Notes under the pieces: model-generated
Seen by the model: the letters and a program-made list of their open reading frames with translations, nothing else
The model's database searches: none
What the model was told of the DNA's origin: nothing
Part shown: piece by piece, positions 1 to 10,119 of the stretch
Position numbering within the stretch: position 1 is the first letter of the stretch
Layout of the letters: the number at the start of each line of letters is the position of its first letter
NCBI GenBank assembly: GCA_007116765.1
Contig: SKHV01000088.1
Span: 1-56,205 of the forward strand
Source: Prolixibacteraceae bacterium
Lineage (GTDB): Bacteria; Bacteroidota; Bacteroidia; Bacteroidales; Prolixibacteraceae
Length of the DNA stretch: 56,205 bases
Direction: 5' to 3'
Made by a program: the position numbers and the translations under genes

Positions 1-295
1 TACAAAAGTATGAGTTAAACCCTTATTGCAATTCGTCATTTGCGTAATGGAAACCTCAATTTACGCATTTTTGTGAATAAATACATAAATTATTTCTATT
101 TTCAAAAAGCATTTTGATTTTGTGAGTTTGAATAAAAAAAAGATATTTATTTTGACATTTATTTTCGATATTTGAAATCTATTTCAATATTTGTCGATTG
201 GCACTTTTTATATTATCAATAATCGCATTTAACTAATATAAAATTGTATTTTAGTAAAGTATATTATTCCCTTAGGGGCAACAAAATTTCATAAA

Positions 296-2356
296 ATGGC
301 AGATTCAATAGATCAATTAAGAGTTAGTTTTGTAGAAGAAACTCGTGATTTAATAAATGAGTTAGAAGATATATTGCTCTCGCTTGAGGTTGACACGGTT
401 GACAACGAAACAATTGATCTAATATTCAGAAGCATTCACACTGTAAAGGGAAGTGGTGGAATGCTGGGTTTCGAGAAAGTACTTGCAGTAACTCACGATC
501 TTGAAGACATATACGACAAAGTTAGAGCCGGCGAAATGAAGTTTTCGACCGAACTAAAGGATATTTCGCTTGAAACAATAGATATACTGAAAACTCTGCT
601 TGCAACCGACGAAAAACTTAATGAAGCCGAAAAAATTAAATTCAACAATATTTGTCGTAAAATTGAAAATTTTGAAATAGGCAGCGATACAGGTGGTAAT
701 TCTGCATTACCTGATATTGATGGCTCGTTATGCAGTTTGCCTTACATAACTTACATAATACAACTCAAACCTGAATCGGGCAGTATTAAGGATTTGTCGC
801 ATCCCGGACTTTTGGTTCACGAATTATCTTTTATCGGAAATTGTTTAGCCTTTGCACTTAGTGGCAATCAGGTTAAAGTAAACACTTACGAAAAAGTCAA
901 TAAAGGGTCGAAATGGAAAATTATTTTAAGTACCAACAAACCCGTTGAAACAATTGAAGATATTTTTGAATGGGTAAAGAATGAACTGAATTTTGAATTT
1001 GAAAAAATATGTGAAGGTAACTTATTGGGTATTGAGGAAGCCAAAGAAGAAATACTAAAACTGGACGAGAAGGTTTTTAACATGAAAGCTGACGACTTTT
1101 TTCCAGTTGCGGAGAAATACAGCTCACTTTTACAGAAAGAAAAAAATACGGATGCAACACAAAATGACGAAACTAAAGCCGGCGATGATGCATCAACTTT
1201 GGGCGGAACAATAAACAGTATACGCGTTGCTACGGATAAAGTTGACCAACTAATGAATTTAGTGAGTGAAATGGTAACACTTCAGGCCAGGCTAAATTTA
1301 ATTGCACACGAATCAGGCAACGAAGAACTCATCGCAGTGGCCGAAAAATACGGTACATTTTCAAATCAACTCCGCGACAATGCGTTTACCATATCGCTAG
1401 TGCCTTTTGGTGTGACCATTACGAGGTATAAGCGAATGGTGCACGACCTTTGTGAACAGCTTGATAAAAAAGTTGAATTCATAACTGAAGGAGAGGACAC
1501 CGTGTTAGACAAAAAAATTATCGAACGTCTTTCGGATCCCATAATGCACATACTTCGCAATTCAATTGACCACGGTATCGAAAGTACCGAAGACCGCAAA
1601 AAGGCAAACAAAAACCTCACCGGCAAAATATACATGAAAATTTTCCATCAGAGTAATAACGTAATTATAAAAATAATCGACGACGGGAGAGGTGTTAATC
1701 TGGAACGCACACGTGAAATTGCCATTGAAAAGAAAATAATAACCCCCGACCAGACCGTAAGCGAAAACGAATTACTTAGCTTCCTGTTTTTACCCGGCTT
1801 TTCTTCGGCAAAAACGATATCCAACGTTTCGGGGCGTGGCGTAGGGCTCGATGTAGTGAAAAGAAATATTTCCGACATACGCGGTTCTATTGAAATACAT
1901 ACCGAGCAAAACGTAGGCACAACTTTCACCATAAAACTTCCACTAACCCTGTCAATTATTGATGGATTGCAGGTAAAAATAGATTACCGCGATTTCATTA
2001 TCCCGCTGGTTCAGGTTGATAAAATAATTAGCCTTACCGATATAATTGAAGATACCGAATTAAGCCAGGTAATGAAAATTGATGGCACACCGGTACCTTA
2101 CTTCGATTTACGTTCCGATTTTGGAATAACTTCAGCACCTCCTGCACGCCGCGAAGTGGTATTGGTTTCGTATGAAAACGAGCATATCGCACTGATAGTA
2201 GACTACGTGGTAGGCGAGAACCAAACGGTACTGAAACCACTCGGGAAACACTATAAAAATCAAGATTTCCTTTCGGGAGGTACCATTCTTGGCGATGGCT
2301 CTGTGGCACTTGTGATTGATGTGAACCGAATTGTAACCACATTTTCAAAAAAATAA
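296..2356 (+). CDS. cheA: Chemotaxis histidine kinase CheA
   Basis: Hpt motif FRSIHTVKGSGG, dimerisation SIRVATDKVDQLMNLVSE, HATPase boxes HILRNSIDHGIE / DDGRG / GFSS..SGRGVGLDVV, C-terminal CheW-like domain (LPLTLSI...TILGDGSVALVID). Confidence 0.97.
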   Translation: MADSIDQLRVSFVEETRDLINELEDILLSLEVDTVDNETIDLIFRSIHTVKGSGGMLGFEKVLAVTHDLEDIYDKVRAGEMKFSTELKDISLETIDILKTLLATDEKLNEAEKIKFNNICRKIENFEIGSDTGGNSALPDIDGSLCSLPYITYIIQLKPESGSIKDLSHPGLLVHELSFIGNCLAFALSGNQVKVNTYEKVNKGSKWKIILSTNKPVETIEDIFEWVKNELNFEFEKICEGNLLGIEEAKEEILKLDEKVFNMKADDFFPVAEKYSSLLQKEKNTDATQNDETKAGDDASTLGGTINSIRVATDKVDQLMNLVSEMVTLQARLNLIAHESGNEELIAVAEKYGTFSNQLRDNAFTISLVPFGVTITRYKRMVHDLCEQLDKKVEFITEGEDTVLDKKIIERLSDPIMHILRNSIDHGIESTEDRKKANKNLTGKIYMKIFHQSNNVIIKIIDDGRGVNLERTREIAIEKKIITPDQTVSENELLSFLFLPGFSSAKTISNVSGRGVGLDVVKRNISDIRGSIEIHTEQNVGTTFTIKLPLTLSIIDGLQVKIDYRDFIIPLVQVDKIISLTDIIEDTELSQVMKIDGTPVPYFDLRSDFGITSAPPARREVVLVSYENEHIALIVDYVVGENQTVLKPLGKHYKNQDFLSGGTILGDGSVALVIDVNRIVTTFSKK

Positions 2357-2368
2357 AATACACTAAAT

Positions 2369-2848
2369 ATGGAAAATGTTTATCAAACTTATCTGACATT
2401 TACTCTCGGGAAAGAAAACTTCGCACTGAATGTAGATCATGTTGAAAAAATACTAGAAAACCAAGAGGTAACCGAAGTTCCAAAAGCACCTGAATATATG
2501 CTTGGTGTTTTCAACTTACGGGGTGAAGTAATTCCACTTATTGACACACGCGTTAAATTTGGTATGTCGAAAACCGAAATTACCTCATCAACCTGCGTAC
2601 TAGTAATTACCATTACTTCAGAAAACGAAAGCATTAAGCTGGGTGCAATGGTCGACAGTGTGAAAGAAGTAATACAATACAACTCCTCCGATATTATTAA
2701 TTTACCCACGGTAGGAAAACAAAATAAAACAGAATTCCTCATCGGCGTTTTAAGAATAAACGAACAGTTTGTATTGTTGCTCAATGCCGACAAAATATTC
2801 TCGGTTGATGAAATAGTTGAATTACGTGCGGAGAACTTCGATCTTTAA
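2369..2848 (+). CDS. cheW: Chemotaxis coupling protein CheW
   Basis: YLTFTLGKENFA, VPKAPEYMLGVFNLRGEVIPLID, GAMVDSV; 12 nt downstream of cheA. Confidence 0.95.
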   Translation: MENVYQTYLTFTLGKENFALNVDHVEKILENQEVTEVPKAPEYMLGVFNLRGEVIPLIDTRVKFGMSKTEITSSTCVLVITITSENESIKLGAMVDSVKEVIQYNSSDIINLPTVGKQNKTEFLIGVLRINEQFVLLLNADKIFSVDEIVELRAENFDL

Positions 2849-2850
2849 TA

Positions 2851-3720
2851 ATGGATTATACAACTACAGCAAATATTTACAGTCAAAAACTAGAAGAAGC
2901 TGAATTTAAGCTTATTCAGGATTTTATGCTAAATAATTTGGGGGTTAAGCTCAGCCCCATTAAAATAGTAATGGTAAATTCCAGGCTTATAAAACGGCTT
3001 AAAGCATCGGGCATACATAATTTCCCCGACTATGTGAGTTTTGCCCTATCGTCCGAAGGAAAACGAAGTGGTGAGCAACAGTGTATGATTGATGAGCTTA
3101 CTACTCATAAAACCGAATTTTTCAGAGAATCAGATCACTTCGACATTCTGAAAGACATGATTCTCCCCGAATTTAGTTCCAATAAACGAGGCACTTTTAA
3201 AATTTGGAGTGCAGGCTGCTCAACCGGCGAAGAGCCCTATACAATGGCTATGCTGATGAATGAATTCAAATTTAACCATAATGGCTTCGATTACCACATC
3301 AATGCTTCCGATGTGAGCACTGCAGTTATTGACAAAGCTGTGAAAGGCCTGTTCAAACAGCAGACAATGAAAGATGTTGACCCCCAAATAATAAAAAAAT
3401 ACTTCACCAAAATTAAAGACGAAAGAGATGAAGTGTTTCAGATAAACAAAACATTGCGTGATAGAATTAACTTCTCGCGAATTAACCTTGTTGATTATTA
3501 TAGTTTTCCCAACGAATCGTTCGACGTAATTTTCTGTAGAAACACCTTAATTTACTTCGACGAAAAATCAAAACGAGAAGTAGTAGCCAAACTAATCAGC
3601 AAAATAAAAATTGGAGGCTATTTCTTTGTGGGGCTATCGGAAACTGTTTCACAATACTCAAAAGCAATAAAACAGATAAGTCCAAGTGCGTACAAAAAAA
3701 TCGGATTAACAAATGAATAA
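2851..3720 (+). CDS. cheR: Chemoreceptor glutamate methyltransferase CheR
   Basis: LTTHKTEFFRE, KIWSAGCSTGEEPYT, FDVIFCRNTLIYF motifs. Confidence 0.95.
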   Translation: MDYTTTANIYSQKLEEAEFKLIQDFMLNNLGVKLSPIKIVMVNSRLIKRLKASGIHNFPDYVSFALSSEGKRSGEQQCMIDELTTHKTEFFRESDHFDILKDMILPEFSSNKRGTFKIWSAGCSTGEEPYTMAMLMNEFKFNHNGFDYHINASDVSTAVIDKAVKGLFKQQTMKDVDPQIIKKYFTKIKDERDEVFQINKTLRDRINFSRINLVDYYSFPNESFDVIFCRNTLIYFDEKSKREVVAKLISKIKIGGYFFVGLSETVSQYSKAIKQISPSAYKKIGLTNE

Positions 3721-4513
3721 GAAGCAACTCAAAGTGTTAGTGATTGAGGAACAAAAAGCTGTAGCTACTCAAATCAGGAACGAACTTGAAACACACGGAT
3801 TCAAAGTATCGGTGTCGTTAAACACCCAAACCGGATTGTTTCGTGCAAAAGCATTTCAATTCGACTTTTTTATTGTAAATGGAGGAGTTGACGGCAAACA
3901 AGGATACGATTTTATTAAAGAGATTCTAAGTCAAAACGACAATAAAAAACCACCCATTCTTTTTGTAATTAATCCAAAAACAAAACTCGACACCAGACTT
4001 CAAAAATTCGATCTCGATTTCGACATATTGAGGCTCCCTTTCGACTCGACCGAATTCAGAATACGTTACAACAGACTTTTAACTCAACCTGAAACTCTAA
4101 GAACCACTCACGCAGAAGAAAAAAAACCTGAAGAAAAAGCTACAAGTTCAAAAACAAAACAAAAAGTATTGCTTGTTGAAGACAACCCGCTTAATCAGAA
4201 AGTGGTGGGAATGTTCATTGCCAAGCTCGGTTTTGAATACGACGTGGCCTCAAACGGGCAAGCAGCAGTTGACTTTTGCGAGACAAACAATTACGGCTTC
4301 ATTTTAATGGACATTTACATGCCCGGGATGGATGGCCCCGAAGCAACAACTAAAATCAGATCCAACGAGCTTAATGGAAACCACAGGGCAAAAATTATTG
4401 CAATTACAGCCAACGAATCTCAGGAAAGTGTAAAACGTTGCTACGACAGTGGAATGGACGATTATTTAGTAAAACCCTTCACCCTTGACGTTTTAAAGGA
4501 AAAATTGGTTTAG
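3713..4513 (+). CDS. Tandem receiver-domain response regulator (degenerate N-terminal REC plus canonical C-terminal REC)
   Basis: C-terminal REC: VLLVEDN, ILMD(200)IYMPGMDG, AITAN, VKPF. The N-terminal REC-like fold lacks the phospho-acceptor Asp. Overlaps cheR by 8 nt. Confidence 0.85.
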   Translation: MNKKQLKVLVIEEQKAVATQIRNELETHGFKVSVSLNTQTGLFRAKAFQFDFFIVNGGVDGKQGYDFIKEILSQNDNKKPPILFVINPKTKLDTRLQKFDLDFDILRLPFDSTEFRIRYNRLLTQPETLRTTHAEEKKPEEKATSSKTKQKVLLVEDNPLNQKVVGMFIAKLGFEYDVASNGQAAVDFCETNNYGFILMDIYMPGMDGPEATTKIRSNELNGNHRAKIIAITANESQESVKRCYDSGMDDYLVKPFTLDVLKEKLV

Positions 4514-4531
4514 TGTTGAATTTACGGTGGT

Positions 4532-4996
4532 TTGGACAAGATAAAATATTTAAAACAAGGAGAACTTGCCATAGTATCGGGCGATACTAAGGTTTTCACC
4601 ATACTAGGTTCGTGTGTTGCCGTTGTATTATGGGACGAACAAACGAAAATAGGCGGTGTAAATCATTATTTACTGCCCAATTGGAACAACAAAGGTGCTC
4701 CCGATGTTAGATACGGAGATGTGGCCATTACCGAATTACACGATAAAATAATTCTTTCGGGTGCAATTAAAAGCAGGCTTAAAGCTAAAATATACGGAGG
4801 AGCCAGCTTACTGAATTTGCAAAATGCAAGTTTCAACATTGGTCAACGCAACATCGAAATTGCAAAACAAAAGCTAAAAGAACTACATATCCCTATAATA
4901 GAAGACACCACTGGAGGAAACTCAGGAATAAAAATACTTTTCGACCCCAACAACGGGTTTGTAAAAGTTGACATTATTAAAAATATAAATTTTTGA
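4532..4996 (+). CDS. cheD: Chemoreceptor glutamine deamidase CheD
   Basis: TILGSCVAV (catalytic Cys), GGVNHYLLP (His), AKIYGGA, IGQRN; TTG start. Confidence 0.93.
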   Translation: MDKIKYLKQGELAIVSGDTKVFTILGSCVAVVLWDEQTKIGGVNHYLLPNWNNKGAPDVRYGDVAITELHDKIILSGAIKSRLKAKIYGGASLLNLQNASFNIGQRNIEIAKQKLKELHIPIIEDTTGGNSGIKILFDPNNGFVKVDIIKNINF

Positions 4997-5007
4997 AAGA
5001 AAGAGGA

Positions 5008-6072
5008 ATGGCATCTTTAAATAAAAGGATAAAAGTATTGGTTGTTGACGATTCTGTAATTTTCAGAAGAGTTTTGGCCAATGCCGTGGAGTCGGATATT
5101 GAACTCGATCTAATAGGGACTGCAAACGATCCTCTCCAGGCAATTGAGATTATTGAAAAACAAGTACCCGATGTAATTACACTTGATATAGAAATGCCCC
5201 ACATGGATGGCCTTACCTTTCTCGATAAATTAATGAAACGCCATCCCATTCCGGTTATTATTGTTTCCAGTAAAACGCAGGGGAACAAAGAAATTTGCCT
5301 CGATGCTTTCAACAAAGGCGCCATTGACATAGTACACAAGCCCGAGAAACTAAAATCAAACGAAAACTTATTCGACTTTTATGCCTTCGTTTGCGAAAAA
5401 ATAAAAGGAGCATCGCAGGCTAATATGCGCCAAAAACAAAAGCAACTTGTCGATCTCGCGTCGATAAGACTTATCACCAAGGAAATACCACCTATTGTTA
5501 AAACGCCCGAGATTATTGCAATTGGGGCATCGGCAGGAGGCACTACAGCCATTGAATTTATTCTAAGGAGACTGCCCGCCGACATGCCCGGCATTGTGAT
5601 TACCCAACACATGCCGGCTGGCTTTACCAAGCTTTTTGCCAATAGGCTGAACGACATTTGCGAACTTGAAGTAAAAGAAGCCGAAGACGGCGATAAGCTC
5701 TATCAGGGCAGGGTACTTATTGCCGCAGGTGGTTTCCATATGGAACTCACAGGCGGCATGGGCAATTACCGGGTAAGCGTAACCGACAGCGAACCCGTAA
5801 ACCGACACAAACCCTCGGTGGATGTGTTATTTCACTCAGTAGCCCGTTCAGCAAAAAGCAAAGCCACAGGTATAATACTCACCGGCATGGGTGCCGATGG
5901 GTCAAAAGGACTACTGGCAATGAAAGAAGCCGGAGCATATACTATAGCTCAGGATAAAAACTCGTCGATTGTTTACGGCATGCCCTATCAGGCATTTTTG
6001 CTCAATGCCCATAACATTGAACTCTCGCTTCAAAAAGTACCCGATTTCCTGATTGACCGTTTCAAAAAATAA
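5008..6072 (+). CDS. cheB: Chemotaxis response regulator methylesterase CheB
   Basis: REC domain (VVDDS, TLDIEMP) plus methylesterase triad GASAGG / TQHMP / GMGADG. ATG at 5008 preferred over TTG at 4993. Confidence 0.96.
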   Translation: MASLNKRIKVLVVDDSVIFRRVLANAVESDIELDLIGTANDPLQAIEIIEKQVPDVITLDIEMPHMDGLTFLDKLMKRHPIPVIIVSSKTQGNKEICLDAFNKGAIDIVHKPEKLKSNENLFDFYAFVCEKIKGASQANMRQKQKQLVDLASIRLITKEIPPIVKTPEIIAIGASAGGTTAIEFILRRLPADMPGIVITQHMPAGFTKLFANRLNDICELEVKEAEDGDKLYQGRVLIAAGGFHMELTGGMGNYRVSVTDSEPVNRHKPSVDVLFHSVARSAKSKATGIILTGMGADGSKGLLAMKEAGAYTIAQDKNSSIVYGMPYQAFLLNAHNIELSLQKVPDFLIDRFKK

Positions 6073-6151
6073 CAAGGCTGAATAAAATCATCATGCAATA
6101 GTGCGTTTTTTGCTATTTTTATAGGTTGAAAAATGAAAATAAACTCGCGCT

Positions 6152-7333
6152 ATGTACGGAAAAATGAAAACCGACCTTCAGTCAAAACTCGAAGAGCTTA
6201 AACAACAGGGACTATACAAAACCGAACGTATAATTACCTCGTCACAAGGGGCAAAAATCAAGGTCAATCACGAAGACGAAGTATTGAACTTTTGTGCCAA
6301 TAATTACTTAGGGCTTGCCAACCACCCCGAGGTAGTTAGAACCGCACAACAAACCATGGATAAATGGGGCTTTGGCCTTTCGAGTGTGCGCTTTATCTGT
6401 GGCACCCAACAAATACACAAACAACTCGAAGAGCAGGTTTCTCGTTTTCTCGGCACCGAAGACACCATTCTTTATTGCGCAGCTTTCGATGCGAATGGTG
6501 GTGTTTTTGAACCCCTACTCGATGCCGACAGCGCCATAATTTCTGACGAGCTGAACCATGCATCAATAATAGATGGAGTAAGGCTTTGCAAGGCACAGCG
6601 CTACCGCTACAAGCACTCCAACATGGATGAACTTGAGCAGCACCTAATCGCATCGCAAAACGCAACTTACCGGCTTATTGTTACCGATGGGGTATTTTCA
6701 ATGGACGGCGACATTGCCAAATTAGCTGCGATTTGTGATTTAGCGGATCAATACAATGCACTGGTAATGGTTGACGACAGTCACTCAACCGGCTATATTG
6801 GCAAAAAAGGACGCGGTACGCATGAATTGTGCAATGTAATGAACCGTGTCGATATTATTACCTCAACATTTGGAAAAGCACTTGGTGGAGGCAACGGTGG
6901 GTTCACATCGGGCCGTGCCGAAATTATTCAAATGTTGCGTCAGCGTTCGCGCCCCTACTTGTTCTCAAACACGCTTGCGCCGGCTACGGTTGGAGCCAGC
7001 ATAAAAGTACTTGAAATGCTAGAGCAATCGTCGGAACTTAAAACCCGCACCATGGAAAACGCCGCTTTGTTCAGGCAAAAAATGGAAACAGCCGGCTTCG
7101 ACCTCGTGCAGGGCAATACCGCCATTGTGCCGGTAATGCTTTACGATGCCCCCCTAGCCGTGAAATTTGCCGACAAACTTTTACAGGAAGGTATATACGT
7201 AATTGGCTTTGTTTACCCGGTAGTTCCTAAAGGGAAAGCTCGCATTCGCGTACAACTTTCGGCCGCCCACACAACAACCGACATCGATAAAGCAGTGAAG
7301 GCATTCATAAAAGTAGGGAAAGAGCTACTATAA
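6152..7333 (+). CDS. kbl: Glycine C-acetyltransferase (2-amino-3-ketobutyrate CoA ligase)
   Basis: LNFCANNYLGL, SVRFICGTQ, DGVFSMDGD, TFGKALGG, RQRSRPYLFSN, ARIRVQLSA. Confidence 0.95.
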   Translation: MYGKMKTDLQSKLEELKQQGLYKTERIITSSQGAKIKVNHEDEVLNFCANNYLGLANHPEVVRTAQQTMDKWGFGLSSVRFICGTQQIHKQLEEQVSRFLGTEDTILYCAAFDANGGVFEPLLDADSAIISDELNHASIIDGVRLCKAQRYRYKHSNMDELEQHLIASQNATYRLIVTDGVFSMDGDIAKLAAICDLADQYNALVMVDDSHSTGYIGKKGRGTHELCNVMNRVDIITSTFGKALGGGNGGFTSGRAEIIQMLRQRSRPYLFSNTLAPATVGASIKVLEMLEQSSELKTRTMENAALFRQKMETAGFDLVQGNTAIVPVMLYDAPLAVKFADKLLQEGIYVIGFVYPVVPKGKARIRVQLSAAHTTTDIDKAVKAFIKVGKELL

Positions 7334-7357
7334 CTTTCCCATTTTTTTAATTTTCTG

Positions 7358-7981
7358 CTAATGTAAATTACTGCTTATTATTTTGAAGAATTCCTGACGA
7401 GTAGCTTCGCGGGTAAATGCACCGGTAAAATCGGAAGTGGTAGTAACCGAATGTTGTTTTTGCACACCACGCATTTGCATGCATAAATGTTGCGCTTCCA
7501 CTACTACTGCAACTCCCAAAGGATGGAGGGTATCGTTAATGCACTCTTTAATTTGAGTAGTTAAACGTTCCTGCACCTGCAAGCGTCGGGAAAAAGCCTC
7601 AACTACACGCGCAATTTTGCTTAATCCGGTAATATAACCATTAGGAATATAGGCCACGTGTGCTTTACCAAAAAAAGGAAGCATGTGATGTTCGCACATT
7701 GAGTAAAGCTCAATATCCTTTACCACAACCATTTGTTTATAGTCTTCTTTAAACATGGCCGATTGAAGAATCTCTCCGGGATCCATTTCATAGCCCTGAA
7801 GCAAAAACTGCATGGCCTTGGCTACTCTCATTGGAGTTTTTTCGAGCCCTTCGCGTTTTGAGTCTTCACCTAAAAGATTAATAATTGACTTGTAATGCTC
7901 CGAAAGTTGATCCATAATCGCGTTGTCGTATTTTTCGACACGCTGATATGATCCTTTGTGGTTATTTAATGAAAATTCCAT
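7358..7981 (-). CDS. folE: GTP cyclohydrolase I
   Basis: [44 protein letters not shown]. Confidence 0.96.
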   Translation of the reverse strand: MEFSLNNHKGSYQRVEKYDNAIMDQLSEHYKSIINLLGEDSKREGLEKTPMRVAKAMQFLLQGYEMDPGEILQSAMFKEDYKQMVVVKDIELYSMCEHHMLPFFGKAHVAYIPNGYITGLSKIARVVEAFSRRLQVQERLTTQIKECINDTLHPLGVAVVVEAQHLCMQMRGVQKQHSVTTTSDFTGAFTREATRQEFFKIISSNLH

Positions 7982-8029
7982 TTCTTATTTATGATATAAA
8001 ATTCCGGAATAGGCACTTGCTATTAATTG

Positions 8030-9187
8030 CTAAAACCGAATTTCAAGTATTTTCCTTATTTCGTCAACGCCTACCAACTTGTGTTCACCAATATTTATAT
8101 CGCCGCGTTCTTCCATACGATCGGCAATTTCATCGGCAGCAGTAACCGGTATTCCGTAATCGCTCAAGCGACTTTTCACACCCAATAATTCGAAAAATCC
8201 AATAGTTTTCTCAATGGCAGCTTTTATTGTTTCTTCTTCGTTTTGGTTTTTAATTCCCCAAATGCGTTCGGCATATTGAATTATCTTTTCCTTTTTCGAT
8301 TCTTTCATCACTTTCATAACCCCCGGAAGTACAATTGCTAAGGTTTGAGCGTGATCGAGTCCATATAGGGCAGTTATCTCGTGGCCGATATTATGCGACG
8401 ACCAATCGCCGGGCACACCTGAACCGACCAGCCCGTTAAGAGCCATTGTGGTACACCACATAAAATTAGCACATGCATCGTAATTTGTGGGATCTTTGAG
8501 CACTTTTGGACCCTCTTCAATTAAGGTAAGCATAATGCTTTCAGCAAATCGATCCTGAAGCGGTGCATTTACCGGATAAGTAAGATACTGCTCTATTACA
8601 TGTACAAAAGCATCGATAATACCATTACTGATTTGTTTTGCGGGTAATGTTTCAATTACCTGAGGATCAAGAGCAGCAAAAAGTGGTAATACTTCAGGAG
8701 AAGAAAAAGCCAATTTTTCTTTATACTCAATTCTTGAGATTACTGAATTCCCGTTACTTTCGGTACCTGTAGCAGGCAAAGTAAGTACAACTCCTAATGG
8801 AAGTGCTTCAATTACTTCTTCATTGTGTGAAAGAATTTCCCATGGCTCAGTTCCATCATACAACGCGGCTGCCGCAATAAATTTTGCCCCATCAATTACT
8901 GAGCCACCTCCAACTGCAAGAATAAAGTCTATTTCGTACTCTTCAATAAGCTCAAGTGCTTTCATGCACTTTTCATACGATGGGTTAGGCTCAATTCCGC
9001 CAAATTCATAGTATTCAAAATCAGATATCGCATCGGTAACTTGTTCGTAGATGCCATTGTTTTTTATACTACCTCCCCCGTAAACAAGCAATATTTTTGA
9101 GTCTTCGGGAATTTCACCAGCAATCAAGGCTATTTGTCCTTTACCAAACAAAATCTTGGTATGATTATAAAAGACAAAATTTTTCAT
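8030..9187 (-). CDS. Iron-containing alcohol dehydrogenase, YqhD/BdhA-like (probably NADPH-dependent)
   Basis: YGGGS, GGIEPNP, AVGGGSVID, TLPATGTE, DAFVH, HNIGHE...DHAQTLA metal ligands. Confidence 0.9.
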   Translation of the reverse strand: MKNFVFYNHTKILFGKGQIALIAGEIPEDSKILLVYGGGSIKNNGIYEQVTDAISDFEYYEFGGIEPNPSYEKCMKALELIEEYEIDFILAVGGGSVIDGAKFIAAAALYDGTEPWEILSHNEEVIEALPLGVVLTLPATGTESNGNSVISRIEYKEKLAFSSPEVLPLFAALDPQVIETLPAKQISNGIIDAFVHVIEQYLTYPVNAPLQDRFAESIMLTLIEEGPKVLKDPTNYDACANFMWCTTMALNGLVGSGVPGDWSSHNIGHEITALYGLDHAQTLAIVLPGVMKVMKESKKEKIIQYAERIWGIKNQNEEETIKAAIEKTIGFFELLGVKSRLSDYGIPVTAADEIADRMEERGDINIGEHKLVGVDEIRKILEIRF

Positions 9188-9355
9188 TCTTTCTTTGTTA
9201 TTTAGTTAATATTTAACCCTAAATTATCTATTTAAGGCGCTGAGTTATAAATTTCAAAATTTCAATAAATTTAAGTATCGTTTTTTATTTAGCACAATAC
9301 TTGTTGTTAATTTTTTTTTGAACTTCTTTTTAATGAATTTTGTAAAAATATAAAA

Positions 9356-9958
9356 ATGGACAATAGAACAAAGAAATACATGCAAGAAAACTCCATTAAA
9401 GAAAAGTTTAGAAACATTTCGGACGAAGAAATTATATCTATCTTAAGGATGAGGGTTCATTACCGACCCGAAGCTATTGAAGCTGTAGTTGAAGAAGCTA
9501 TTGAAAGAGGTATAATTAACAATACCGAAGACTTGTTAAGCAACAAGTTTTCAGTTCAGCCACTCCCCCCACGATCGTTGTTTCCATTGGGCACAGATAA
9601 AAAATCAACTTTTGCAATATTTAAAAGTTTGTGCCGAGTATTTTATGGTTTAGGCCTGCTTCCATTTATTCATTCTGTATTTTCTTTTGTTGCAGGCAAT
9701 TATTCAACAGGTTCAATTTCACTTATTGTTGCGCTTACCGTTTTTTCAATGGTGTACCAAGTAGACAGAAAGATGAATTTATTTGCATTGAAGTTTCTCC
9801 TTTTCCTAAATGTTCCGTTGATAGCGTTCTCGACATATATCATTTATACTGCAAGTTTTTTTGCGGCAATCGACATTTTCGCCATTTGCATGGTTGTTTT
9901 AGTTACTTTATATGTATCTCTCTACCTCAGAAAGCTATTCTTCTATTTTTCAGAATGA
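9356..9958 (+). CDS. Hypothetical membrane protein (soluble N-terminus plus about 4 TM helices)
   Basis: 200-aa ORF with an A-rich start context and four hydrophobic segments in the C-terminal half; no family recognised. Confidence 0.7.
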   Translation: MDNRTKKYMQENSIKEKFRNISDEEIISILRMRVHYRPEAIEAVVEEAIERGIINNTEDLLSNKFSVQPLPPRSLFPLGTDKKSTFAIFKSLCRVFYGLGLLPFIHSVFSFVAGNYSTGSISLIVALTVFSMVYQVDRKMNLFALKFLLFLNVPLIAFSTYIIYTASFFAAIDIFAICMVVLVTLYVSLYLRKLFFYFSE

Positions 9959-10119
9959 GAATGAAATAAATACACCTCAAAATTTGTTGTTTATTTTCAA
10001 CATTTTTCATTTGCAGCTTAATATTCTTATTTCACCGACAAGAACACCCATTTAATCGATTTTAACTTACAGATACACCAATAAATACTCAACTTTGCTG
10101 AAAATAAAATCATAGAAAA

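Noticed and set aside
41-72. Hairpin TGCGTAA...TTACGCA plus T run upstream of cheA, considered as a riboswitch (e.g. c-di-GMP)
   Set aside because: Lacks the conserved aptamer motifs; more simply the terminator of a gene upstream of the window, which cannot be verified here.
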